DNA from: an uncultured Flavobacteriaceae bacterium
GTDB lineage: Bacteria > Bacteroidota > Bacteroidia > Flavobacteriales > Flavobacteriaceae
NCBI GenBank assembly: GCA_963798435.1
Contig: CAWCTF010000005.1
Location: 44,169-108,168 of the forward strand
Length of the DNA stretch: 64,000 nt
Reading direction: 5' to 3'
Position 1 is the stretch's first letter. Each line of letters begins with the position of its first letter. The notes beneath the pieces are model-generated. The model saw only the letters and a list, made by a program, of their open reading frames with translations. It did not search any database and was not told where the DNA came from. Shown one piece after another: positions 42,761-51,681 of this stretch. Both the position numbers and the translations under genes were made by a program.

Positions 42761-43162
42761 ATGAAAACTTTCTTATTGATATATTTTGCGGCCGTCTTAG
42801 GCTTGTTTGCATTCCTTTTTCAAGAGCCGGAACGTAACGCAAGCATTGAACGTGGTCGCGAGATTTATGGTGATTTTTGTGTAAGTTGTCATCTTGAAAA
42901 AGGTGAAGGCATCATCAATACCTTCCCTCCATTGGCAAATTCGGACTATCTTTTGCAAAATAGGGAAGAAAGTATTCGTGGTGTAAAATTCGGTCGACAA
43001 GGAGTAATGCAAGTAAACGGCGTAAAGTATAATAACGTAATGACCGCATTGGGCCTGGAAGACCAAGAAGTGGCCGATGTAATGAATTTTATCCTGAATT
43101 CTTGGGGAAATACGTCCAAGACCCTGGTTACCGTTGAAGAAGTCGCCGCTGTTCAGAAATAG
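42761..43162 (+). CDS. Monohaem c-type cytochrome
   Basis: 133 aa with a signal peptide, a single CVSCH haem-binding motif and a downstream Met (MTALG) as candidate sixth ligand. Confidence 0.8.
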   Translation: MKTFLLIYFAAVLGLFAFLFQEPERNASIERGREIYGDFCVSCHLEKGEGIINTFPPLANSDYLLQNREESIRGVKFGRQGVMQVNGVKYNNVMTALGLEDQEVADVMNFILNSWGNTSKTLVTVEEVAAVQK

Positions 43163-43291
43163 TCACAGAGCCTTTTTTTGTTATGGCCTTTGATCACTCC
43201 TTTTGTGCCTTAACCCACTATTTTCAGTTACAACACCGCTTAAATGACCGCTGGGAGTACGCGCTTCTATTTTGGAGAAATTCCAAACCCC

Positions 43292-44101
43292 CTATTTCCC
43301 TGCTTCCAACGCCGCTTTTACCGATCCATGCTTTTTGAGCAGCCCTTCAGCAGTGGCATAATCAACCTTCAGGCCTTCCATCACATAGCGTGCACCACGA
43401 TCGACCAATTTGATATTGCTCAATTGCATATTGATCATCTTGTTTCCCTGAACCCTTCCAATTTTAATCATCAAAGCGGTGGAAATCATGTTCAAGACCA
43501 ATTTTTGGGACGTCCCACTTTTCATTCGCGTACTGCCTGTAACAAATTCAGGCCCTACATTGACCTCGATGGGTATGTCGGCAGCCATGGCCAATGGCGA
43601 GCCAGGGTTGTTGGTAATCCCCGCGGTTAAAAGGCCATTCTTTTTGGCATCCCGTATACCTCCCAAGACATAGGGTGTTGTCCCGGAAGCAGCAATGCCA
43701 ACTACGACATCATTCGTGTTTAGATTGAATTTCATTAAGTCCATCCATGCCTGTTGACCGTCATCTTCTGCATTTTCAACAGATTTTCGAATCGCGCTAT
43801 CGCCGCCGGCAATCAATCCTATGACACGCGTATGTGGTATTCCGTATGTTGGCGGAATCTCGGAGGCGTCTAAAATGCCCAATCTTCCGCTGGTACCAGC
43901 ACCAATATAGAATAGGCGCCCATTCATTGCAAATCGGGCTGCCAAAGCATCTACTAATATGGTGATCTGAGGGATGACCAAAGCGACTGCATCGGCCACT
44001 TTCTTGTCCTCAAGATTCATACTTGTCAAAATTGTCTGGGTATCCATGGTCTCTAGACCATCAAAATTAGAGGGCGTTTCGGTTATTTTCTTATATTCCA
44101 T
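43292..44101 (-). CDS. murQ: N-acetylmuramic acid 6-phosphate etherase
   Basis: 269 aa with a SIS domain (FYIGAGTSGRLGILDASEIPPTYG) and the C-terminal MurQ pattern (GSTRMKSGTSQKLVLNM). Confidence 0.9.
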   Translation of the reverse strand: MEYKKITETPSNFDGLETMDTQTILTSMNLEDKKVADAVALVIPQITILVDALAARFAMNGRLFYIGAGTSGRLGILDASEIPPTYGIPHTRVIGLIAGGDSAIRKSVENAEDDGQQAWMDLMKFNLNTNDVVVGIAASGTTPYVLGGIRDAKKNGLLTAGITNNPGSPLAMAADIPIEVNVGPEFVTGSTRMKSGTSQKLVLNMISTALMIKIGRVQGNKMINMQLSNIKLVDRGARYVMEGLKVDYATAEGLLKKHGSVKAALEAGK

Positions 44102-44292
44102 GTGCTGAATTTTCTGATTATTGGTTTAATAAGGGTTCCTATTTACCCAAAGTGGGATGTATTAAATTTAGTAGCAAAACTAAGAACGATTTCATGGCGA
44201 TTGGCTCAAGGGAACGCTACTTTGTTTATAAAGCCACGAGCAATTATATCCACCGCCATTCACACTTGTTTTGTGACATAAAAGGAACAAAA

Positions 44293-45042
44293 TTACAACA
44301 ACCGAATATCGTAGTTTCTAAAAAGATTGAGCAAATTATTTTCGGGATCCAATTCGGTAATCATTGTATTAATGGCGCTAATATCACAGGTCTTATAGCG
44401 ATGTTGTGAATTCAATTTCTCGGATATCGATAAAAGTACCGTTTTTTTTGATGCCTTAATGACCGCTTTTTTCACCTGAACGATATCCCAATCAAATTCG
44501 GTCAATCCAAATAACGCATCGACATACCCGGTACCGATAAAGCCATAATCGACTCTAATTTCCGAAAGGTGGTGGATGGCGTTGGCACCAATTGAGATCT
44601 GGGCTTCCCGCGAAATTTGACCGCCCACAAATAGTACGGTAACATTCGGTTTTGTCAATAATTGCATGGCAACCGGAAGACTAAGCGTAAAACAAGTCAA
44701 TTCAAGGTCATCTGGGATAAGTCGTGCTAGCTCCATGCATGTGGTTCCCCCATCGATAAAAATAACACCGCCCGGTTTTAAAAGTGTAATCGCCTTTTCG
44801 GCGATTTTAGTCTTCTGCTCCAAGGCATAAATATTATTATTTCTGGCACTATTGGTAGTAAATCCCATTGAAATAGCACCTCCATGAACTTTTTGCAATT
44901 TGTTCGCAGCATCCAACTCTTTTACATCGCGCCGTACCGTATCGATGGAAACATCGAGAATTTCGGCCATATCTGTTAACAATATCCGATTGTGTAGTTC
45001 CACTTCCCCGATGAGCCGTTGTTGTCTTTCTTCTTTCAGCAT
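44293..45042 (-). CDS. DeoR/GlpR family transcriptional regulator
   Basis: 249 aa with an N-terminal wHTH (LTDMAEILDVSIDTVRRDVKEL) and a DeoR C-terminal sugar-phosphate sensor domain. Confidence 0.88.
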   Translation of the reverse strand: MLKEERQQRLIGEVELHNRILLTDMAEILDVSIDTVRRDVKELDAANKLQKVHGGAISMGFTTNSARNNNIYALEQKTKIAEKAITLLKPGGVIFIDGGTTCMELARLIPDDLELTCFTLSLPVAMQLLTKPNVTVLFVGGQISREAQISIGANAIHHLSEIRVDYGFIGTGYVDALFGLTEFDWDIVQVKKAVIKASKKTVLLSISEKLNSQHRYKTCDISAINTMITELDPENNLLNLFRNYDIRLL

Positions 45043-45083
45043 GTTTTGTTCATTTCAAGGAGCACCTATATGGTAGCCGCGAG

Positions 45084-45091
45084 GTTCGAAA
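45084..45091 (-). promoter_or_regulatory. Candidate -7 box (TAtcTTTG on the minus strand) for the DeoR regulator gene
   Basis: Exact TAnnTTTG match, about 41 nt upstream of the ATG at 45042. It is bracketed by two TTCGAAA repeats (45075-45081 and 45100-45106). Confidence 0.35.
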
Positions 45092-45223
45092 AACAAAGAT
45101 ACGCAATATTTCGAAATTGCCATTTTTTACGGTTTATATCTTATTCAAGCCCCATTATTAGAAATATAGCGCATAAAACAGCAAAATTCATTGCACAAAA
45201 CAGCAGTATTTAAAAATAATGCC

Positions 45224-45231
45224 TATCTTTG
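45224..45231 (+). promoter_or_regulatory. Candidate -7 box (TAtcTTTG) for nagB
   Basis: Exact TAnnTTTG match, 33 nt upstream of the nagB ATG at 45264. Confidence 0.4.
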
Positions 45232-45263
45232 TCCGGTAAAAAGAAATATATTTAAATATCACC

Positions 45264-47207
45264 ATGGCGATAACATCCACAAATCCAAGCATTACTGTAT
45301 TCCCGGCCGACGAGGAGTCAAGAAAATTCGAAAAAATCAATACGGTAATTCATGAAAGTTCCCAAGAGGCGTCCTTTTACGTTGCCAATGAAATTGCCCA
45401 ATTAATTCGGGAGCGTCAAAAGGAAGGAAAAAATGCGGTTTTGGGTTTGGCAACGGGATCTACGCCTACCAAAGTATACGATTTCCTGGTAAAATTTCAC
45501 CAAGAGGAAGGTCTAAGTTTTAAAAATGTTATCACCTTCAATCTGGACGAATATTTCCCCATGGAGCCAGATTCCATACACAGCTATGTTCGTTTTATGA
45601 ACGAACATCTTTTCGATCACATCGATATCAAGAAAACGAATGTAAATATTCCAGATGGTACGATGGACAAAGAAGATGTGCGGGATTTCTGCGATACCTA
45701 TGAGCGAAAGATTGAAAAGGCCGGGGGTATCGATATTCAAATTTTGGGCATTGGACGTACCGGTCATATTGGGTTCAATGAGCCTGGTTCATCCCTAAAA
45801 AGTAAAACTAGAATGGTTCGACTGGATCGGGTAACACGATTGGATGCCGCCAGCGACTTCTTCGGACTTGAAAATGTACCTGGAAAGGCGCTTACCATGG
45901 GTGTGGGTACGATTATGGCGGCGAAACGGATAATTTTGATGGCTTGGGGTGAAGGGAAGGCCGGAATAATTCATCAGGCGGTCGAAGGAAAAATACGGGA
46001 ATCGGTACCCGCAACCTTCCTTCAACATCATGAGAACTGTGACTTTATCGTTGATACCGCAGCAGCCTCTAGCCTTACACGCATAAATACACCCTGGTTG
46101 GTGGCCGAATGCAACTGGACAGACCATCTTATCAAAAAAGCGACTATCTGGCTCTCCGAGAAATTGGATAAAGCCATTTTAAAATTGACCAATGAGGATT
46201 ATAACGAGCATGGAATGGGAAGCCTCGTTGCCGAAGTAGGTTCTGCAGAACACATTAACCTAATCGTCTTCAACCAATTACAACGAACCATCACAGGTTG
46301 GCCAGGGGGTAAGCCGAATGCCGACGACAGCAACCGACCTGAACGAAATAATCCCTATCCTAAAACATCCCTGATCTTTAGTCCGCATCCCGATGATGAT
46401 GTAATATCAATGGGTGGTACCTTATTGCGTTTGGTAGACCAAGGGCACAATGTACACGTGGCCTATCAGACCTCCGGAAATATTGCGGTATTCGATGATG
46501 AGGTAATCCGTTTTATGGATTTTGCCAAGGAAATTCAGCAGGATAATTCGGACATTGAAAAACAATTTAAAGAAGTTCGGAAATTTTTAGGTCATAAATT
46601 GCCTGGTCAAGTCGATAGCCCTGAAATTCAAAAATTTAAAGGCCTTATCCGAAAAGGGGAAGCCTTGGCGGCTTGCCGATATTGTGGTGTAAAGGAAGAA
46701 AATGCGCATTTCCAAAACCTCCCTTTTTATGAAACTGGAACGGTGAAGAAAAAGCCCCATTCCGCAGCGGACGTTCAATTGACCTATGATCTTTTAGACA
46801 AGATTCGCCCCCACCAAATATTCGCAGCCGGTGACCTTTCAGATCCACATGGCACGCATCGTGTCTGTCTACAAGTCATCTATGAGGCTATGGAACGATT
46901 TGTTCAGGAAAAGGCCGAATGGATAAATGACTGCTATTTGTGGCTCTATCGTGGCGCGTGGCAGGAATGGGATATTGCCGATATGGAAATGACCATCCCC
47001 ATCGGTCCAAAAGATATGCAACGCAAAAAGAATGCAATCTTTAAGCACCAGTCGCAAAAGGACGCCGCCATGTTTCCCGGCAATGATGATCGGGAATTCT
47101 GGCAACGGGCCGAACAAAGAAATACGCAAACCGCAAAAAAATACAATGCCCTGGGAATGGCTGAATATGAGGCTATGGAAGGATTTGTTCGATATCATTT
47201 TCAGTAA
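45264..47207 (+). CDS. nagB: Long-form glucosamine-6-phosphate deaminase fused to a C-terminal LmbE/PIG-L-like domain
   Basis: 647 aa. The N-terminal part of about 260 aa has NagB motifs (LGLATGSTP, FNLDEY, GIGRTGHIGFNEPGS). The C-terminal half has PHPDDD (46384-46401) and DPHGTH (46842-46859) motifs like the LmbE family metal site. Confidence 0.88.
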   Translation: MAITSTNPSITVFPADEESRKFEKINTVIHESSQEASFYVANEIAQLIRERQKEGKNAVLGLATGSTPTKVYDFLVKFHQEEGLSFKNVITFNLDEYFPMEPDSIHSYVRFMNEHLFDHIDIKKTNVNIPDGTMDKEDVRDFCDTYERKIEKAGGIDIQILGIGRTGHIGFNEPGSSLKSKTRMVRLDRVTRLDAASDFFGLENVPGKALTMGVGTIMAAKRIILMAWGEGKAGIIHQAVEGKIRESVPATFLQHHENCDFIVDTAAASSLTRINTPWLVAECNWTDHLIKKATIWLSEKLDKAILKLTNEDYNEHGMGSLVAEVGSAEHINLIVFNQLQRTITGWPGGKPNADDSNRPERNNPYPKTSLIFSPHPDDDVISMGGTLLRLVDQGHNVHVAYQTSGNIAVFDDEVIRFMDFAKEIQQDNSDIEKQFKEVRKFLGHKLPGQVDSPEIQKFKGLIRKGEALAACRYCGVKEENAHFQNLPFYETGTVKKKPHSAADVQLTYDLLDKIRPHQIFAAGDLSDPHGTHRVCLQVIYEAMERFVQEKAEWINDCYLWLYRGAWQEWDIADMEMTIPIGPKDMQRKKNAIFKHQSQKDAAMFPGNDDREFWQRAEQRNTQTAKKYNALGMAEYEAMEGFVRYHFQ

Positions 47208-47241
47208 GTAGTACACGGCGTGCAGCAATGTTTCCCTAGTA

Positions 47242-47285
47242 CCCTGTTAGGCACTCGAACGTTGCTTGACAGGGGTTTTGTTTCA
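47242..47285 (+). terminator. Possible terminator after nagB
   Basis: The stem ccctgt (47242-47247) pairs with acaggg (47269-47274), followed by gttttgttt. The loop is long, so this is weak. Confidence 0.3.
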
Positions 47286-47419
47286 GGCTCCGATTTACTT
47301 GAAATGCTTTTATCCAGCACACTTTGAGACCATTTTAAAGATGAATATGTGGCAATACTAAATTGGTTTTCCTACATTTAAGCAACAAACTAAGGACAAC
47401 CACCAACTTTACGAAACCG

Positions 47420-48673
47420 ATGAAGAAGAATTACCGAATTGTCGTCTTGATTCTCGTCACATTTTTCGTAATCTCCTTTTTGACCAATATTCTTGGAGCG
47501 CTAAATCCCAGTGTTTCGGCTAGCTTTAGCCTGAGCGAGACAATGGCCGGATTTTTACCATTTACTTTTTTTATCGCGTATGGCGTCATGTCGATTCCTT
47601 CCGGATTTATGGTCGAACGATTCGGGGAAAAGCGGCTGATGCTCTTGGCATTCCTGCTATCCCTATTAGGCGCGATACTTTTTGTGCTATTGCCAACATT
47701 CGAGGTATTTCTCATTACATTATTCACTATAGGTACCGGCATGGCAATCTTGCAGGTCGTCATCAACCCGTTATTGCGGGTTACCGGTGGCGAGGAGCAT
47801 TATGCCTTTACCTCGGTGCTGGCCCAATTGATTTTCGGCGCAGCTTCCTTCGTAAGTCCGCAGGTGTACTCCTATTTGGTTACCGGAATAAACAAGCCAG
47901 GACAGGAAGCTAGTTGGCTAATCAACGTCCTTACCAAGATAGTGCCGTCAAATATGGCATGGATATCAATGTATTGGATCTTTGCCGTGGCCAGTCTCAT
48001 CATGATAGGTATTCTATTGACGATTACTTTTCCCAAAGTCGAATTGACCAGTTCCGAGAAAACCGGGTCTCGCAAAACCTATGTCGAATTATTCAAGAAT
48101 AAGTTGGTCTTGCTTTATTTCTTCGGAATTTTCGCTTATGTAGGGGCCGAACAGGGCATATCATATTGGATGTCGAAATTTCTCCAAACCTATCACGGCC
48201 TCGATTACGAAACAATCGGCGCCACTGCCGTAGGAAATTTTTGGGGGTTAATGACCTTGGGCGGTATATTAGGGTTGATTTTATTAAAAGTGCTCGATAG
48301 CAAAGTGGTACTTAAACTCTTCTCAATGCTCGCCATCCTATCTTTGGCCATAGCGCTTTTCGGGAATGCCCACTATTCATTATATGGTTTTGAAATAAGT
48401 GGTTTTTTTCTCTCGGTCATGTATCCGATAATTTTGTCGCTCGGACTCAACTCGGTTGCTGAACATCATGGGTCTTTTGCAGGAATCCTCATGACAGGCA
48501 TCATGGGCGGGGCTGTTGTGCAACTTCTTATTGGTTTCATAAGTGACTTTACATCCTTGAAAGTGGGCATGTTATTGGTTTTTGTAATGCTGGCTTACAT
48601 TTTGGGTATCGGCATATGGGCCAAACCTATCATTAGAAATAAAACGATCCAACTTCGAAAAAATGAGGATTGA
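47420..48673 (+). CDS. MFS sugar transporter (FucP / glucose-galactose transporter-like)
   Basis: The likely start is MKKNYRIVVL at 47420. It has 12 predicted TM segments and an FucP-like N-terminus (FFVISFLTNILGALNPSV). Confidence 0.8.
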   Translation: MKKNYRIVVLILVTFFVISFLTNILGALNPSVSASFSLSETMAGFLPFTFFIAYGVMSIPSGFMVERFGEKRLMLLAFLLSLLGAILFVLLPTFEVFLITLFTIGTGMAILQVVINPLLRVTGGEEHYAFTSVLAQLIFGAASFVSPQVYSYLVTGINKPGQEASWLINVLTKIVPSNMAWISMYWIFAVASLIMIGILLTITFPKVELTSSEKTGSRKTYVELFKNKLVLLYFFGIFAYVGAEQGISYWMSKFLQTYHGLDYETIGATAVGNFWGLMTLGGILGLILLKVLDSKVVLKLFSMLAILSLAIALFGNAHYSLYGFEISGFFLSVMYPIILSLGLNSVAEHHGSFAGILMTGIMGGAVVQLLIGFISDFTSLKVGMLLVFVMLAYILGIGIWAKPIIRNKTIQLRKNED

Positions 48674-48697
48674 GGAGGATTGAGGAGGATTGAGGAG
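48665..48697. repeat. Tandem repeat (gaggattgag) x3.3, period 10
   Basis: Read directly: three exact 10-mers at 48665-48694, plus gag. The first unit contains the MFS transporter's stop codon (48671-48673). Confidence 0.9.
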
Positions 48698-48803
48698 AAC
48701 GTAGTTAGAAACGAATAACTAAAAAAAGTGCAGCCACTATTTGCTTCGTTATAGTTCAATAGAAGCGCACCATTTTTTTTAATTTTAGACCAAAGGGAAG
48801 TTT

Positions 48804-50078
48804 ATGGTCCAAAAAGACAAAGGGGCTTGGGGATGGATCCCGATATTATATTTTACACAGGGTTTGCCTTATGTGCTTGTCGTGACTGTCTCAGTCATTA
48901 TGTACAAAAAATTAGGGGTGAGCAACGAAGACATTGGCCTGTATACAAGTGTTCTTTATTTACCTTGGGTGCTTAAACCTTTGTGGAGTCCGTTTGTCGA
49001 CCTAAGAAGCACCAAGCGCAATTGGTTCTTAGGAATGCAGCTGTTGATTTCGGTAGCACTCCTAGGAGTCGGATTGACCTTACCAACCAACTTGTTTTTT
49101 ACAACTACCCTCGCTTGTTTTTGGATGGCCGCTTTTGCCTCGGCTACCAATGATATTGCCTCAGATGGGTATTATATGCTGGGTTTGACCGAAAAAAAAC
49201 AGGCGTTTTTCGTGGGAATGCGCAGTGTCTTTTATCGCTTGGCCATGGTTACCGGAGAAGGCCTGATCGTAATATTTGCAGGGTATCTTGAACATAAATA
49301 TGGTGACAATACAAAGGCATGGAGTATAACAATGACCGCAGCGGCCTTTCTAATGTTGTCCTTGACCATCGCGAATTTTATAGTTACCCCGAAATACGAA
49401 TCCTCCTCGGTCATTTCCACCTCAAAACCACAGGGATTTTTGGAAGTTTTTGCTGCTTTCTTTAAAAAAAAACAAATCGGAATTGCTTTGGCGTTTATCT
49501 TAACGTATCGTCTGGGCGAATCACAATTGGTCAAGATGGCAGCACCTTTTCTGTTGGATTCCCCGGAAAAAGGCGGCTTAGGCTATTCTACTGAACAACT
49601 GGGAACCATTTTTGGTACGGCCGGTGTCATTTTTTTGTCGATCGGGGGCATCGTTGGAGGCGTTCTGATTTCGCGTGACGGACTCAAAAAATGGATGTTG
49701 CCCATGGTGCTCTCCCTAAATGTCCCGAATATACTGTATGCCCTTCTCGCGATGACTAAAACCACGAATATCTACGCCGTTACCGCGACCGTCGTTTTCG
49801 AAAAATTCGGCTATGGTTTCGGCTTTGCCGCATTTCTGATGTTTCTCATCTACATAGCGGAAGGAAAATCGAAGACCTCACATTATGCCATAGCAACAGG
49901 CTTTATGGCATTGGGCATGATGCTACCCGGAATGATCAGTGGCTATATGCAACAATGGTTGGGGTACGATGGGTTCTTTGTATGGGTCGTATTGGCCTCA
50001 CTTCCCGCCTTACTCCTACTAAAATACCTAGAATATCCCATTGATTTCGGAAAGAAAACCTCAGATACGAATGGATAA
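48804..50078 (+). CDS. ampG: AmpG-family MFS muropeptide permease
   Basis: 424 aa. The N-terminus WIPILYFTQGLPYVLV...LPWVLKPLWSPFVD is an AmpG-family signature, and the gene sits next to nagZ and anmK. Confidence 0.8.
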   Translation: MVQKDKGAWGWIPILYFTQGLPYVLVVTVSVIMYKKLGVSNEDIGLYTSVLYLPWVLKPLWSPFVDLRSTKRNWFLGMQLLISVALLGVGLTLPTNLFFTTTLACFWMAAFASATNDIASDGYYMLGLTEKKQAFFVGMRSVFYRLAMVTGEGLIVIFAGYLEHKYGDNTKAWSITMTAAAFLMLSLTIANFIVTPKYESSSVISTSKPQGFLEVFAAFFKKKQIGIALAFILTYRLGESQLVKMAAPFLLDSPEKGGLGYSTEQLGTIFGTAGVIFLSIGGIVGGVLISRDGLKKWMLPMVLSLNVPNILYALLAMTKTTNIYAVTATVVFEKFGYGFGFAAFLMFLIYIAEGKSKTSHYAIATGFMALGMMLPGMISGYMQQWLGYDGFFVWVVLASLPALLLLKYLEYPIDFGKKTSDTNG

Positions 50079-51681
50079 AATACTGGCATACGAAGAAGCT
50101 ACCAAGGTGCTTACCCCTCTCGAAAAAATTGGCCAACTTTTTATGCCGGCGGCATTTGTCAATGATTCTGAAGAAGAAATACAGCAGTTGGAGAAGTTGA
50201 TCGAGTCGCATGCTATCGGAGGGCTTTGTTTCTTTCACAGTCGTGCCAGCGCGGCCACCAATTTTGAGGGCAAGAAAAAAATAGTAAAAAACACCAAGAG
50301 TCTTGAATGTCTCAAGGAGTTGATACAGCGCTATCAAGAACGTGCCAAATATCCGCTAGTGTTCGCTATCGATGCAGAATGGGGTTTGGCCATGCGCATT
50401 GAAAATACCCCTCAATACCCATATGCAATTACCTTGGGTGCTATTCGCAATGAGAATGAACTACTATATCAAGTCGGTAAAGACATCGCCCAAGACTGTA
50501 AAATTGCCGGCATACATTGGAATTTTTCGCCGGTTATTGATATCAACAATAATCCGAACAACCCAGTAATCGGTTATCGCTCTTTTGGCGAAAACAGGGA
50601 TGCGGTTACCGAAAAAGGCATCGCAATGATGAAGGGAATACAGAGTATGGGTCTTCTAACCAGTGCAAAACATTTTCCAGGCCATGGGGATACCGCTACC
50701 GATTCGCATTTAGGACTCCCCATTATCGAAAAGTCGAAATCGGCCTTGTTGGCGAACGAGTTGTTTCCATTTCAAAAATTGATAGAAGCTGGGGTTGATT
50801 CTGTTATGGTGGGTCATTTATCGGTTCCCTCATTGACCATAAGTAAAAATATTCCAACGAGTATTTCAAAAGATTGTATTAAGGGAGTTTTACGCAATGA
50901 AATGGGTTTTGAGGGTGTCGTGGTTTCCGATGCCCTGAATATGCACGCGGTTTCAAAACTGTATCCCCTAAAAGGGGAACTTGAATGGGTCGCCTTTGAT
51001 GCGGGTAACGATGTACTTTGTTTTTCCGAACACGTTATCGAAGGTGTGGCCACCATTCTGAAAAATGCCAGCGAAAACCAGGTTGAAGAAAGTTTCAAAC
51101 GATTTTGGAGATTGAAGGAAAAAGCATTCTGTGTTATCGAGAACTTGGGATCAAAACTCAGTGATCCTTATAGCTTGAACAAACGGATTGCTCTTAAGAG
51201 CATCACAAGATTCAAAGGTAGCGAAGAAGACATTCGTACTTTTAGGGACCATCCTGTTCGTGGGATACATATTTCAAATGATGTTGATACGCTATTTTTT
51301 AAATTGATAAATAAGGATACTGCAGTAGCGGATTTTTCGATCGTCGAAAGTGGTCTCGGGAATTTTGGCCCAACTCTTCCCCAAGAAGAATACATACTTT
51401 TGGCACTTTTTCCACCAAACGTAAAACCTGCCAATAACTTCGGATTTTCGAAGGAGGTCTTACCCCTTGTCAATGAGATGCTTCACACAAACAAGGTGGT
51501 ATTGTATCTTTTTGGAAATCCGTATACACTGAATCACATCCACACTGAAAAAGCACATGCAATCGTAGTAATCTATCAAGATTTTAAGGTGTTTCAGGAA
51601 GTGGCTGCCGATCATTTTTTAGGAAAAATCGAAGCTGTAGGAGAACTACCAATAAAATTAGCACGTTATGAAGGTGTATAA
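50071..51681 (+). CDS. nagZ: GH3 beta-N-acetylhexosaminidase
   Basis: The likely start is MDKILAY at 50071, overlapping the ampG stop by 8 nt. KHFPGHGDTATDSHLGLP and the GH3 N-terminal-domain motifs are present. Confidence 0.85.
   Translation: MDKILAYEEATKVLTPLEKIGQLFMPAAFVNDSEEEIQQLEKLIESHAIGGLCFFHSRASAATNFEGKKKIVKNTKSLECLKELIQRYQERAKYPLVFAIDAEWGLAMRIENTPQYPYAITLGAIRNENELLYQVGKDIAQDCKIAGIHWNFSPVIDINNNPNNPVIGYRSFGENRDAVTEKGIAMMKGIQSMGLLTSAKHFPGHGDTATDSHLGLPIIEKSKSALLANELFPFQKLIEAGVDSVMVGHLSVPSLTISKNIPTSISKDCIKGVLRNEMGFEGVVVSDALNMHAVSKLYPLKGELEWVAFDAGNDVLCFSEHVIEGVATILKNASENQVEESFKRFWRLKEKAFCVIENLGSKLSDPYSLNKRIALKSITRFKGSEEDIRTFRDHPVRGIHISNDVDTLFFKLINKDTAVADFSIVESGLGNFGPTLPQEEYILLALFPPNVKPANNFGFSKEVLPLVNEMLHTNKVVLYLFGNPYTLNHIHTEKAHAIVVIYQDFKVFQEVAADHFLGKIEAVGELPIKLARYEGV

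Noticed and set aside
44152-44409. 85-aa ORF (+) in the murQ/deoR gap.
   Set aside because: It overlaps the 3' end of the DeoR gene on the opposite strand, has no recognisable motif, and starts at a non-ATG codon in AT-rich sequence. It is probably spurious.
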